From an uncultured candidate division Zixibacteria bacterium (GTDB taxonomy: Bacteria; Zixibacteria; MSB-5A5; GN15; FEB-12), in the NCBI GenBank assembly GCA_963664195.1, contig OY760907.1:576001-640000 (forward strand): 64,000 nucleotides of DNA. Reading direction: 5' to 3'. Position numbers and translations under genes: made by a program. This document shows, piece by piece, positions 1 through 9,637 of the stretch. The notes beneath the pieces are model-generated. The model saw only the letters and a program-made list of their open reading frames with translations, was not told the DNA's origin and ran no database searches. How positions within the stretch are numbered: the stretch's first letter is position 1; each line of letters opens with the position of its first letter.

Positions 1-471
1 GTACCCCAGAGTCGAAAAGTACGATCTGAGGGATTCCGCAGCCTCCACTCTGGCTTGATCCGCTCGATGCAGCAGCTCGCTCCAAAACGGGGCAAGCATC
101 AGCAAAGATCCGGCGATCACCACTGCCAGTCCCAGCAAGTACAGCTTGAACTGGCTTTGTTCGATCGTGGCCCGTCGTCCGATCACCATCGCGGCGACAA
201 CAATCATGCCCAGGTTAGCGAGCATCATCACTCGCTGATCGTCGGGGCAGGTCATCGAAGCGAAAATCCCGGACGCCGCTGCCACCGAAACAAGAGCGAC
301 AGTTTTCCGCCGCAAGGCTACACCGGCTATCCCTCGATAGAGGAAAATCCCCAGGGGATACGCGGCGGCCACGGCGAGGATACCGAGGAACGGACTCGAA
401 GGGTCGTTCCCTGACGCGTACTTGAGCAATGGAAACAGAACCAATGCCGCAAGTACGAACCAGAAAAACAT
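1..471 (-). CDS. Membrane protein, probably DUF2232/YybS-like (3' end runs off the window)
   Basis: Not in the ORF track. Open frame from ATG at 471 to the window edge (MFFWFVLAALVLFPLLKY...) with several hydrophobic segments. Position directly after rpsR is typical for DUF2232. Confidence 0.55.
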   Translation of the reverse strand, partial: MFFWFVLAALVLFPLLKYASGNDPSSPFLGILAVAAAYPLGIFLYRGIAGVALRRKTVALVSVAAASGIFASMTCPDDQRVMMLANLGMIVVAAMVIGRRATIEQSQFKLYLLGLAVVIAGSLLMLAPFWSELLHRADQARVEAAESLRSYFSTLGY

Positions 472-523
472 CCTTCGACCGTAACCGGAAGCTCTCGGGT
501 CAGCCGTCGGGAAAGCTACCTCA

Positions 524-760
524 TTACCGGAATGATTCACTGGCAAAGGCCATGATCGCCATGTGCCGACCGCGTTTCACTGCCTGGGTCAGCTTTCGCT
601 GATGCTTGGCGCAGTTACCCGAGATACGGCGCGGAACGATCTTGCCCCGCTCGGTGACAAACCGGCGCAACATACGTTCGTCTTTGTAGTCTATGTATTC
701 GATCTTGTTCTCGCAGAAGCGACAGATCTTTCTTCTTCTCTTCATTCCATAGTCGGCCAT
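524..760 (-). CDS. rpsR: 30S ribosomal protein S18 (zinc-binding type)
   Basis: CRFC...IDYKD...[23 protein letters not shown] motifs. Confidence 0.97.
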   Translation of the reverse strand: MADYGMKRRRKICRFCENKIEYIDYKDERMLRRFVTERGKIVPRRISGNCAKHQRKLTQAVKRGRHMAIMAFASESFR

Positions 761-777
761 AGTTCTCTACCTCGCTC

Positions 778-1350
778 CTACAGTTCTTCTTCTTCGGTTG
801 ACGCTTTGGGGGCCATCGGCTCCTCGACTCTGGCAGTCGGCTCGACTGCAGCCGGAGCGTCGACAACAGGCTCTTCGGCCTTAGCCGGGGTTTCCTCGGC
901 AGGCTTCTCAACCCGAGTTTCCCTCGCAGGAGCATCCCTGCGGGAATCTCTGTAAGAGTCTCTGCCCGGACCGTCATCTCTTCTTCTCGGACCACGGTCT
1001 GAACGCTGGCTTCCGAATCGGCCGGCACGCTGTTCTTCGCGGGCCTTGTCGAGCTGCTCGAATTCGGCCTCGAATACGATCGTCAGGTAGCGAACATACG
1101 GTTCTTCCAGCTTGTAGTGCCGATCAAGAAGAGGCAGCACAGCCGGTGTGGATTTGAAGTAAACCGTAGCGTAGAAGCCCTGGGTCAGACCGGCAATAGG
1201 ATAGGCCAGTCGACGAGTGCCCATGCGCTCCTCGCGAACGATTTCCCCGCCATTCCCGGTAATGATGTCGGTGACCGCCGAGACCTGACGGTCTATAGTG
1301 GCATCATCGGATTGGGGGTTGACAATGAAGGTAGTCTCGTAGGTTCTCAC
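778..1350 (-). CDS. rpsF: 30S ribosomal protein S6 with long C-terminal extension
   Basis: MRTYETTFIVNP...MGTRRLAYPI...GFY; adjacent to rpsR. Confidence 0.96.
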   Translation of the reverse strand: MRTYETTFIVNPQSDDATIDRQVSAVTDIITGNGGEIVREERMGTRRLAYPIAGLTQGFYATVYFKSTPAVLPLLDRHYKLEEPYVRYLTIVFEAEFEQLDKAREEQRAGRFGSQRSDRGPRRRDDGPGRDSYRDSRRDAPARETRVEKPAEETPAKAEEPVVDAPAAVEPTARVEEPMAPKASTEEEEL

Positions 1351-1399
1351 TCAGAATCTCCCTTCGGACGTTAATAAAGTTACAACGGCTTCGCCTGAT

Positions 1400-1987
1400 T
1401 CAGAGAATGTCCGGCGAAGCAGGGTTACTATTAAATTGTGACATCGCCAGTTGCAGGCGATGGGTAAGCGCAAATATAACAGCCTCAGCGGCTTTGGCAA
1501 CCATTTCCTGCACCTGAACGAGTTTTTCTTCCTCGAACTCACCGAGGACAAAATCGACCACGTCAGCCCCTTCAGGCAGGGGGCCGATCCCCAATCGAAG
1601 GCGCGGATACTCGCCCGATTCCAGACATTCCGAGATAGAGAAAAGCCCGTTGTGACCGCCGTCAGAGCCTCTTTCGCGGAATCTGAGTGTCCCTAGCGGC
1701 AGGTTGAAGTCGTCGACTACCACAAGCATCTGCGAGACATCGAGTTCCAGCGATTCGAACAACTCGATTGCGGCCAGCCCCGAACGGTTCATCAGCGTGG
1801 TCGGCCACGCGAACGTGACGGTGCGGTCTTCTAGCTGCGCCTGACGGCAATAGCTCAACGGATGCTCGGTCATCGGGCCAAGTTTCATCTTCCGGCTGAC
1901 GGCGCCGAGAACCTCAAATCCAACATTGTGGCGAGTTCGGGCATACCGCTGGCCAATGTTTCCCAGGCCAAGGACAAGTGATATCAT
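1400..1987 (-). CDS. pth: Peptidyl-tRNA hydrolase
   Basis: GLGNIG..Y..TRHNVGF, MNRSG, DD, GSDGGHNGL, RLRLGIG. Confidence 0.96.
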   Translation of the reverse strand: MISLVLGLGNIGQRYARTRHNVGFEVLGAVSRKMKLGPMTEHPLSYCRQAQLEDRTVTFAWPTTLMNRSGLAAIELFESLELDVSQMLVVVDDFNLPLGTLRFRERGSDGGHNGLFSISECLESGEYPRLRLGIGPLPEGADVVDFVLGEFEEEKLVQVQEMVAKAAEAVIFALTHRLQLAMSQFNSNPASPDIL

Positions 1988-2098
1988 AAGGGATTACAAA
2001 TGTAGCCAAACGGGGATCGAAGTCAAGTGCGGGAAGGGATCAGCGCGCCAGGGGCACAGTCCCGTGTACTCAATCCATCGTAAGACGCAAACAAGATG

Positions 2099-5000
2099 TC
2101 ACTTGATCGGCCAGCCACCATACTCGCCAACAACACAGTCAATCTGGTTCGACAGATCATCAGTCTCGAATAGAGCCGAAACAATGTTCGTATAGTGCTG
2201 CAAATCATCGTGACTCAATTGCCGGCCTTTGCGGTCTTTGAGCCATTTCTGACAGACCTGATAACCGCCAAGCATGCGCCCCCAGACAGCCTCGGGAACG
2301 CCTTCAAAATACTGAGTGCGGTTGATCCATACGCGTCCCGTAGTCACGGTATCGCTGTAGCGAACCTTATCAACTACGTTGTCACCGGACACAGGGAAGC
2401 GGGAAATGGGTTCGGCTTGAGCCTGCAATGTGTGAAGGGCCACCAATCGAGATCCAAGCGAACACAGCCTGCCGAAGAGCACCTTATTGGAAGTTAGTGG
2501 TAGACGAGGGAAGTCGGTCTTCAGAAATTCTGCATAGCGGGCTCGATACGAAGGCGCGTGAAAAACAGCATACGCATAGGCAAAGATGTCTTCCGGTCCG
2601 AAAGTCTTGTTGAGATCGCCCTTCCCGTCGGACACGAAGGCTAGCCCGATCTTCTGCGAGAATGCCTCGACAAACTCTGGTGACAGATTGGGTTTGCGAC
2701 CGTTGGAAGGACCGGAGGCCTCCTGAGAGCCGAAGAGGTCGTCAGGGTCTGGGTACAAGTACAGAGGGAACAAAGAATTGATGTCGTATGCCGCCAGAGA
2801 TTTGTGCCCCATGATGTGAGTAGAGCAATGCACATGCCATTGATCTCTTGTCTGGCGCGTTGCAATCAACCCGACATTCTCTCCTGACAGCATGTGTCGC
2901 ATGACTTTGGATCTGGGTCGGCACATGAATCCCCTTGAGGTGCCTGTATAGTAAGTGAAACGAACGTCAAAAGGCCGATAGAGTAGACAATGTACGCTCG
3001 ATCTGTCTGGGCCCGAATCTCCAATGTCTTTCTGGGCCTGACTGACCTTCCATTCTTTTGCATCTGTTCCCAAGGAGAAGCGATTGCGGGCGTCCTCTGG
3101 AGACAACTGAGAAAACTCCTTTATTGTCCCCCACACATCCTCTCCGCTCCAGCGTATCGTCAACCTGTCTCGTGCAGTGACGATCCCCACAGATTCAACG
3201 GGCATAATGTCTTTCAGACTAGCGCACAAACCGTACTCTCGGAGCAACCTGACATCCGTCGGCGCAAAGAGATAATGCGGTGCTTTCGGTTGTAGCGTTG
3301 TCCACTCGGTGGTATTGACCGCATTTTCTGCCAGCCAACCGTACTTTCCGCCAGAAGCACGCACCGGGCCTGTGTCAGCCGGGGGCAGCGATTCTCGCCT
3401 CCCCCAGAGATGGGCGTGCCGCACGGTAGCGGCGGCCCTTTCTGATCGGGCATGCTTGACAAACAGGCCGATGGCTACTCCCTGCTGTATGTCAAAAACG
3501 TTTTCATCGTTGGAGCCGTCAGGGCACTTCTCTTTCTTCTTGCTGTTTCCGTGCAAGTCCAATACGTAGATATCGTCAAACGTATTCATCAGAGATTGCC
3601 GCATTCCCCTGAACGTAGGATTGTCCAGGTATCCGTGGTTGGTGATGAAAGCTAGAACACCGTGTCCGGTTTGCTGAATACGCCACTGCGCGAATCGTAT
3701 GAACTTCACATAATCGTCGTTCAACCACTTCGGGTTGCGCTCCCCGAGTGGCTTGCCGTCCACTCGGAAGTAATCTTGTATCAGATGACCGATGAAGGTT
3801 TTTTGCTTCCGTTTGAAAGAACGGGTGGCCACTTTCTGCACCTGAACACCCTGTTCTTCAACATAGTAATGCGCTCCCTCTCCGATCGTCACAGTCAATT
3901 CCGATGGCGTCTGGGAATGGCCCGAGTAGGGCGGGTTCCCCAACACGACCATGACAGGCATGTCCTGTTTGATTCTGCCAGCCTCGTTGGCTTCCTCTGC
4001 CACCCACTTTGCAAAAGCCGGCAGTCCTTCAAGATCGAAAGCCTTTTCCAGTGAGTTGGTGAGATAAACACCAAGTCTCTCGTCAGCCTTGAAAGAGTAC
4101 TTTGTCTCTCCCAACTGGAGGCCCAGTTTCATGTGTGCCACCGCGTATGGCGCCATCAGCAACTCGAATCCGAAAAGACGTGGCAACAGGTGGTCAGAGA
4201 CATAGCTAGACCACATTCCTTCGTTGCCACGAAAGCTTTCGTAGATGTGGTCGATCACGTTGTGAAGGAAAGTACCTGTTCCCACGGCGGGGTCCAGTAT
4301 CAACACTCGGTGGCACTCTTTGCTCTGATGTTCGCTCTCCACTTTGACATCGTTCTTGATTCTGCTGTCTAAAGACACTTTTGTCCTATCAGCCAACCCT
4401 TCTTCCAAACCGAAGTCTGTCTTAAGAATGTGATCGACGCTCCTTACTATGTAAGAAACGACCGGCTCTGGCGTATAGTAAACACCGCGTGTTTCGCGAA
4501 TCTTCGGATCATATGCCGTCAGGAAAGTTTCATAAAAGTGGACTACCGGATCCTCTCGCCTCGTGCGTTTACCGAAATCTGTCAGGATGCCTTCTATGTC
4601 GGCCCGATTCAGCAATTCCGCCAAAGCATCGACGGCCCATGTCACCCTGTCTTCTAGATCAGGGCCGGCAATATGGCCAAACATTCGGCGCAAGAACGGA
4701 TTCGACTTTGGCAAGTCATAAGCGGCGTTTTGACGGCTGAAGGGGAGCGTCACCGATGGGCTACACCGAGCAGAAAAGAGCCCGTAGCAAATCGTCTGGG
4801 CATACATATCGGCAAACTGATCGGGCTGAAGATCGTGCAGCAGGACCTGTCGAAAACTCTCTAGCTGATCGTGTAGACTGCCGCCCTTATCCTCGTCCTG
4901 AAAGACCAAGATGATAGTCTCTCGTATGATAGTGGCCAGTGCGGCCATGCGCTTCGCCAATTCGCGTGGTCCGTTGATACTCGGAACACTAGTTGCAAGA

Positions 5001-5464
5001 AACTCGTCAAATAGGCGGCCGAATTCGTCTTGGCCATCTCCGCTTGATCGGATTCTGCCTCGGCTATCAACCTGCCCGAGTCGCGCCGACAAGCGGCACT
5101 CTCCTCCTTCATACCAACGGAACTCCAGATAATCGGTGAGGATAAGATTATTGAGACTAGCCCTATAGCGCTTTAGTTGCTGGCCGTCATGGGTCTTTGG
5201 CTTGGATCGAGACGCATCGGACTCTATGGCGTCTAGCGACTTGCCGATATCCTTGGCTTCGACGTATCCTAGCGGGACTTGCCTGTGCGTAACAACATAA
5301 TCTGGAGCACCGCATGCGACACGTTTGGGCTCATTCGTAGCAACTATATGTTTGTCGAAGGAGTTGATAAGCCTTTCCAAAGCGGGCCGATACGTGTGTT
5401 CTGTCGCCTGACCGGCCGCCAGGTGTTTCTGGATATCCTCTAAGTATGTCGATATGGCGCTCAT
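2099..5464 (-). CDS. Fused restriction endonuclease / N6-adenine DNA methyltransferase (type IIG-like, type ISP-like C-terminal specificity region)
   Basis: N-terminal PD...EAK nuclease motif (GAPDY..YVEAKD), GVYYTP, LDPAVGTGTF (motif I), GNPPY (motif IV), YRPFD, C-terminal GGYQVCQKWLKDRK. Confidence 0.85.
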   Translation of the reverse strand: MSAISTYLEDIQKHLAAGQATEHTYRPALERLINSFDKHIVATNEPKRVACGAPDYVVTHRQVPLGYVEAKDIGKSLDAIESDASRSKPKTHDGQQLKRYRASLNNLILTDYLEFRWYEGGECRLSARLGQVDSRGRIRSSGDGQDEFGRLFDEFLATSVPSINGPRELAKRMAALATIIRETIILVFQDEDKGGSLHDQLESFRQVLLHDLQPDQFADMYAQTICYGLFSARCSPSVTLPFSRQNAAYDLPKSNPFLRRMFGHIAGPDLEDRVTWAVDALAELLNRADIEGILTDFGKRTRREDPVVHFYETFLTAYDPKIRETRGVYYTPEPVVSYIVRSVDHILKTDFGLEEGLADRTKVSLDSRIKNDVKVESEHQSKECHRVLILDPAVGTGTFLHNVIDHIYESFRGNEGMWSSYVSDHLLPRLFGFELLMAPYAVAHMKLGLQLGETKYSFKADERLGVYLTNSLEKAFDLEGLPAFAKWVAEEANEAGRIKQDMPVMVVLGNPPYSGHSQTPSELTVTIGEGAHYYVEEQGVQVQKVATRSFKRKQKTFIGHLIQDYFRVDGKPLGERNPKWLNDDYVKFIRFAQWRIQQTGHGVLAFITNHGYLDNPTFRGMRQSLMNTFDDIYVLDLHGNSKKKEKCPDGSNDENVFDIQQGVAIGLFVKHARSERAAATVRHAHLWGRRESLPPADTGPVRASGGKYGWLAENAVNTTEWTTLQPKAPHYLFAPTDVRLLREYGLCASLKDIMPVESVGIVTARDRLTIRWSGEDVWGTIKEFSQLSPEDARNRFSLGTDAKEWKVSQAQKDIGDSGPDRSSVHCLLYRPFDVRFTYYTGTSRGFMCRPRSKVMRHMLSGENVGLIATRQTRDQWHVHCSTHIMGHKSLAAYDINSLFPLYLYPDPDDLFGSQEASGPSNGRKPNLSPEFVEAFSQKIGLAFVSDGKGDLNKTFGPEDIFAYAYAVFHAPSYRARYAEFLKTDFPRLPLTSNKVLFGRLCSLGSRLVALHTLQAQAEPISRFPVSGDNVVDKVRYSDTVTTGRVWINRTQYFEGVPEAVWGRMLGGYQVCQKWLKDRKGRQLSHDDLQHYTNIVSALFETDDLSNQIDCVVGEYGGWPIK

Positions 5465-5569
5465 CTATCCCTCGTCCCAGAGCATGAAGTTTGAGTAACA
5501 GAGACAGTATACGTCACATTAAGCACCCCGGAAAGCACAAAGTACAATGACTGGTCCAGCTTGTACCCC

Positions 5570-6277
5570 CTACTCCGGTCGTGAGAACCGGTAGCCGACA
5601 CCTCGAATGGTTTCGATGTACTTCGGGTTGCGCATATCGTCCTCGAATATCTTGCGCAACTTGAGAATGAAATTGTCTATCGTGCGGTTGGTCGGATAGA
5701 TGTGATACCCCCACACGGCATCCAGAAGTTGATCGCGGCTTACGACCTGACCGACTCTCTCAATCAAATACTTGGCCACCATGCACTCGCGGCGCGTGAG
5801 TTGGAAGTCGCCGTTGGGACCGGTAGCTTCGAATGTCTTGAAGTCGATTGCACGGCCGTCGAATTCGTAACGGTCCGGCACGTCCTGTTCGTTGCTGGCC
5901 AGCCAGGCCTGACGTCTGAAAATCCCCTGAATGCGAGCGAGCAGTTCACGAAGGTCGAACGGTTTGGTGATGTAGTCATCGCCGCCGGCCACCAGCCCCT
6001 CGATTTTGTCGTCCGCCTGATCGCGTGCGGTGATAAACAGAATCGGTACAGTCGAACCACCGTCGCGGATTTTCTTGCAGATCGTTAGCCCGTCCATACC
6101 GGGCAGCATAATATCAAGCAGCACCAGATCGAAGTTCCCTTTTTCAAACGTCGGCAGCGCGTTAGAGCCGTGCTCAATGTGCACCGTCTGGTAACCCTCG
6201 GCATCGAGATTCATCAGCAGACCGTCAGCCAGGTGACTGTCATCTTCAACCAGTAGTATGGTCTTCATCATTTCCAT
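5570..6277 (-). CDS. OmpR/PhoB-family response regulator
   Basis: VEDD, LDIMLP, TAR, DDYITKPF; winged-helix C-terminus (RTIDNFI..LRK, ETIRGVGY). Confidence 0.95.
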   Translation of the reverse strand: MEMMKTILLVEDDSHLADGLLMNLDAEGYQTVHIEHGSNALPTFEKGNFDLVLLDIMLPGMDGLTICKKIRDGGSTVPILFITARDQADDKIEGLVAGGDDYITKPFDLRELLARIQGIFRRQAWLASNEQDVPDRYEFDGRAIDFKTFEATGPNGDFQLTRRECMVAKYLIERVGQVVSRDQLLDAVWGYHIYPTNRTIDNFILKLRKIFEDDMRNPKYIETIRGVGYRFSRPE

Positions 6278-7241
6278 CCGCAGGTAATGTAATCACAAAC
6301 TCTGTTCCGCATCCCGGCCCCTCGGAGCGAGCGACAATAGTCCCGTGGTGCGAGCGTATCATCTCCCGGCAAAGGTACAGACCGAGTCCGGAGCCCTGAC
6401 TCGTCCTGGTCAATTCCGAGCCTACTCTATAGAACCGCTCAAACACGGCCTCAATCTCTGTTTTCTCCAGACCAATCCCCTCGTCGCGTATTGACAGACG
6501 TGCCCGTTGACCGTCGGATGTCAGAGTTACCTTAACTGCAATGCGGTTCCCGTCATGGTATTTCATCGCGTTCTCCAAAACGGCATCTACGGCACGTTGG
6601 AAAGTAACGCGATCACCTTGAATTGTCACATCGGGCCGTATTTCACCCTTGATTGTGAGAGGTACATCGGTCGGAGTCTGGAGCCATTTCTGTACGGTCG
6701 ACAAAACGAGATCACTGAGATCGAGCGGTTCGAGTGTGACCCTGAAGTCGTGGCGCTCGAATCGTCCGGCCTGAAGCATATTCTCGACCATGCTTTCGAG
6801 GCGCAGGGCATCCTGCTTCATTCTGGGCAGGATGGTGGCCTTTTTCTCTGCAGGAATCTTCGGTGATTCGAGTGAATCCATGTAGAGTTTCAGGGAGGCA
6901 ATTGGCGTTTTCAGTTCGTGGGTAACTGCCATAAGGAAGTTTTGCTGAAGTGTCTTCAGTTGTGCTGTCCTGACAAACGCACGGAATATCAGCCAGATGC
7001 CGACCATCACCGCGACCAGAAAGACAACACCCTCGGTTCCGAGCATGATCTGACGCGTGATCTCTTCTTGGTGGATCATCTCGACATACTCCGCACTGCC
7101 GCCCAACTCTGTCGCTATGTCTACCTTTTCGTCGACTAGCCGGGCCATGAACACGACCCACCAGGCGCTCTGTGCGATCACAAACAGCACCAGGACGATG
7201 AAGATAATCAGCGCACGTTTTGACGATATGCCACGGCTCAT
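6246..7241 (-). CDS. Membrane sensor histidine kinase
   Basis: Two TM segments, THELKTP H-box, ENAMKY, DEGIG, GSGLGL; overlaps its cognate regulator gene. Confidence 0.95.
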   Translation of the reverse strand: MSRGISSKRALIIFIVLVLFVIAQSAWWVVFMARLVDEKVDIATELGGSAEYVEMIHQEEITRQIMLGTEGVVFLVAVMVGIWLIFRAFVRTAQLKTLQQNFLMAVTHELKTPIASLKLYMDSLESPKIPAEKKATILPRMKQDALRLESMVENMLQAGRFERHDFRVTLEPLDLSDLVLSTVQKWLQTPTDVPLTIKGEIRPDVTIQGDRVTFQRAVDAVLENAMKYHDGNRIAVKVTLTSDGQRARLSIRDEGIGLEKTEIEAVFERFYRVGSELTRTSQGSGLGLYLCREMIRSHHGTIVARSEGPGCGTEFVITLPADGNDEDHTTG

Positions 7242-7338
7242 AGTACAATCAATCTAATAGGATACTTGTGGGCGCAATATATGAAGGTTTGAAAGAGAAG
7301 ATAAGGATAAAGTGCAGGTTCCTGACCGGCCTACTCAC

Positions 7339-7383
7339 GATCGGCTTGCCCGTCACCGGCTTGCCCGTGATCGGCTCGCCCGT
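7339..7383. repeat. 15-bp tandem repeat x3
   Basis: GATCGGCTTGCCCGT / CACCGGCTTGCCCGT / GATCGGCTCGCCCGT. Confidence 0.85.
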
Positions 7384-7529
7384 AACCACCAGGGTTCCAC
7401 CCCTGCCGATTTCATGCCAGTCATGAAGGTCAAACCACAGGGGTTTCGACCTACTTATGGGACAGCCCCTGGAACTCTGACGGTCGCAAGTCTTGACATT
7501 GCTCCTAAGAAGTTCAGCATTCCCGTGAG

Positions 7530-7627
7530 GTCAGACGACCCCGTCTGACCGGACTACAGCCAAGGGACAACACTCCAGATCGAAGGCTCCCGTTCTCATC
7601 GGGGTTCGTCGGACGAGGTCGTCCAAC
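7530..7627. repeat. Inverted pair of 20-bp REP-like palindromes
   Basis: GTCAGACGACCCCGTCTGAC (7530-7549, followed by CTAC = GTAG on minus) and a degenerate inverted copy GTCGGACGAGGTCGTCCAAC (7608-7627). A third copy is at 27004. Confidence 0.55.
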
Positions 7628-7676
7628 GACACGTCTAAGGGGCTTGGGAAGTCGTCGGAGTAATCGGATCCCCTTC

Positions 7677-7710
7677 AAAAAGAAACCGGCGACCTGGAAA
7701 GGCCGCCGGC
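7677..7710 (-). terminator. Intrinsic terminator after cheV-like gene
   Basis: Minus-strand CCGGCGGCC/GGTCGCCGG stem followed by TTTCTTTTT. Confidence 0.7.
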
Positions 7711-7749
7711 AAAGAGCGTGCAGTTCACGCCTTGATCATCATTGGCGGG

Positions 7750-8703
7750 CTAGTCGATAGATACGGTTTCCATTGCCTCCAGGGCCTCTGTCTCACTGGA
7801 CGAGATATCCTCTTGATCAACCTTTTCGCCGCGCATAAGTTTGTCTGCCGTTTCGAGCAGCCTGTTGAGATTCAGCTTGGTCACGTGAGCGTCTACTTTG
7901 AGGAACTTGGCGCGGGCTTTCATTCCCATATCGCCAATCGACGAATAGACGATTACCGGTGTCGACGGTCTCTCGGACTCTCTAATTCTGAGCGTCAGCG
8001 CCAGCCCGTCCATCTGCGGCATCTCAACGTCGGAGATCACCAGGTCAAACTCCTTTTTCTGAAATTCATTCCACGCAAGTTGGCCGTCGCTACAGTCAGA
8101 GACTTCAAACCCGAGGTCGGTCATCTCTGCCACCAGCATTGAACGAACCGCCGGGGAATCCTCGGCAATCAACACCCGCTTGCCGGTGAAATCGGAAGCG
8201 CCGTCATAGGAGTTCAGATTTCCCTGTTGAAGGTGCGGGCTAAGATCAAGGAGGATCGTCTCATAGTCCAGTAACTGGACCATTCGTTCCTCGGTCGGCT
8301 TGACAATGCCGATCGTGTATTTGTGATTCAACCCGGCAAAGACCTGCTCGGCGTCGATAACGTCTTCCCATTTGAAATGGTGAATCCAGTCGACCCGCTC
8401 GACCCAGAAGCCAACCAGCATGCCAAAGAATTCGGTCACTAGCAGTTTGTCACGCTTGGTATCCTCAGCGTCAATCCCGAGAACAGTCGCAAGGTCAACA
8501 ACCGGCACCACTGTATTCATGTCCTTGAAAATACCATGAATGGCAGGATGGGACTCCGGCAATTTCGTGAAGTCGACGAGTTCGTTGACGATTTTGCTCA
8601 CTTTGAGAATGTTGATTCCGAAAGCCATGCCGGCCGCACGATACTCCAGAACGCGCAGCTCATTTGACCCGGTTTTCAGATATGATTCAGCGTCCATATT
8701 CAC
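7750..8703 (-). CDS. cheV: CheV-like chemotaxis protein (CheW + receiver)
   Basis: FGINILKV..VPVVDL CheW-like N-terminus; AEDS...SDVEMPQMDGL...K receiver. Confidence 0.85.
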   Translation of the reverse strand: MNMDAESYLKTGSNELRVLEYRAAGMAFGINILKVSKIVNELVDFTKLPESHPAIHGIFKDMNTVVPVVDLATVLGIDAEDTKRDKLLVTEFFGMLVGFWVERVDWIHHFKWEDVIDAEQVFAGLNHKYTIGIVKPTEERMVQLLDYETILLDLSPHLQQGNLNSYDGASDFTGKRVLIAEDSPAVRSMLVAEMTDLGFEVSDCSDGQLAWNEFQKKEFDLVISDVEMPQMDGLALTLRIRESERPSTPVIVYSSIGDMGMKARAKFLKVDAHVTKLNLNRLLETADKLMRGEKVDQEDISSSETEALEAMETVSID

Positions 8704-8707
8704 AATA

Positions 8708-9466
8708 CTACTCCTCGGCCTTTACAAGCTTGACAGAAAAAACGGCGCCGCCCTTCGGGTGATCGTCCGCCAGGACCGTCCCCCCCATCCCGGTTGCTGC
8801 CAATCTGCAGAAATATAGCCCCAGGCCTACTCCGCGATGCTTGCCCTCGGTGCGCATATGAAGTTGACCGTACTTTTCGAATAACTCAGACGGATCAACC
8901 TCACCCAATCCCGGGCCGGAATCCTTCACGTGGACGAACACGGACTTCGCTTCCGGCTGTGTGTACACGGAGATTTTCCCGCCGCTTGGGGTGTGTCGAA
9001 TCGCGTTGTAGATAAGGTTGTCAAGCATCCGTTTCAGGAGCTTGGGGTCGGCCTTCACCGGAGTGTTGCCGGCATTGTTCGTGAAGCTGATTTCCAACCC
9101 GTGTTCGGCGACAGAACCCGCCGCCAGTTCGATCGCTTCCCTGATAATCGTATCGGGAACGAGGTTGATCATCCTGACCGGAATCCCGGCCTTGCCCGCT
9201 TTCGCCACCGCCATAACGTCATAGAGAATCGTCTCGGCGCGAGCCATGGCGATTTGCGAGGAAGTCAACAGTCTGCGATGGGCCGGCTTTTCAAGGTTGA
9301 ACTTGCCGGACTCGATCTGCCCCAGCAGATATTTCATTGACGCAAACGGCGATTCCAGATCATGAATGAAAATGGAGAATATCTCGAGCCAGCGGTCGTC
9401 CTCGCGTGCAAGGTCAGCCGAAGGATCCAGAGTATCGGTTACTGCTTGTTCCAAAACGTCTTCCAT
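8708..9466 (-). CDS. Cytoplasmic histidine kinase with no sensor domain (HisKA + HATPase)
   Basis: FIHDLESP, NLIYNAIRH, DSGPG, GVGLGL; no TM segment. Confidence 0.85.
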   Translation of the reverse strand: MEDVLEQAVTDTLDPSADLAREDDRWLEIFSIFIHDLESPFASMKYLLGQIESGKFNLEKPAHRRLLTSSQIAMARAETILYDVMAVAKAGKAGIPVRMINLVPDTIIREAIELAAGSVAEHGLEISFTNNAGNTPVKADPKLLKRMLDNLIYNAIRHTPSGGKISVYTQPEAKSVFVHVKDSGPGLGEVDPSELFEKYGQLHMRTEGKHRGVGLGLYFCRLAATGMGGTVLADDHPKGGAVFSVKLVKAEE

Positions 9467-9508
9467 AATACTCGGAGGTCTAATGTTTCCCAGAGCCCTT
9501 TGCCTCTT

Positions 9509-9535
9509 ATATCGACCGGTTGCGGCAAATAGTTA
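9509..9535 (-). promoter_or_regulatory. sigma28 (FliA)-like promoter
   Basis: Minus-strand TAAC-N15-GTCGATAT upstream of the kinase-cheV pair. Confidence 0.5.
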
Positions 9536-9637
9536 GTATGGACTCGTATCCGGAGATGGAGTGGGTGCTGGAGTGATTGGGGTCAACAATGAGCGTGGTC
9601 GAAAGAGGAGGAGCGAGCCGCCCCCATCAACGAGCGG

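Noticed and set aside
1351..1410. S6:S18 autoregulatory RNA leader (CCG next to the SD)
   Set aside because: Some pairing is possible, but I could not establish the conserved structure by eye.
7339..7383. Possible CRISPR array
   Set aside because: The repeats are contiguous 15-mers without spacers, and there are no cas genes.
7312..7548. 78-aa ORF with repeated DRLARH
   Set aside because: It is the translation of the 15-bp tandem repeat and palindromes, with no independent coding evidence.
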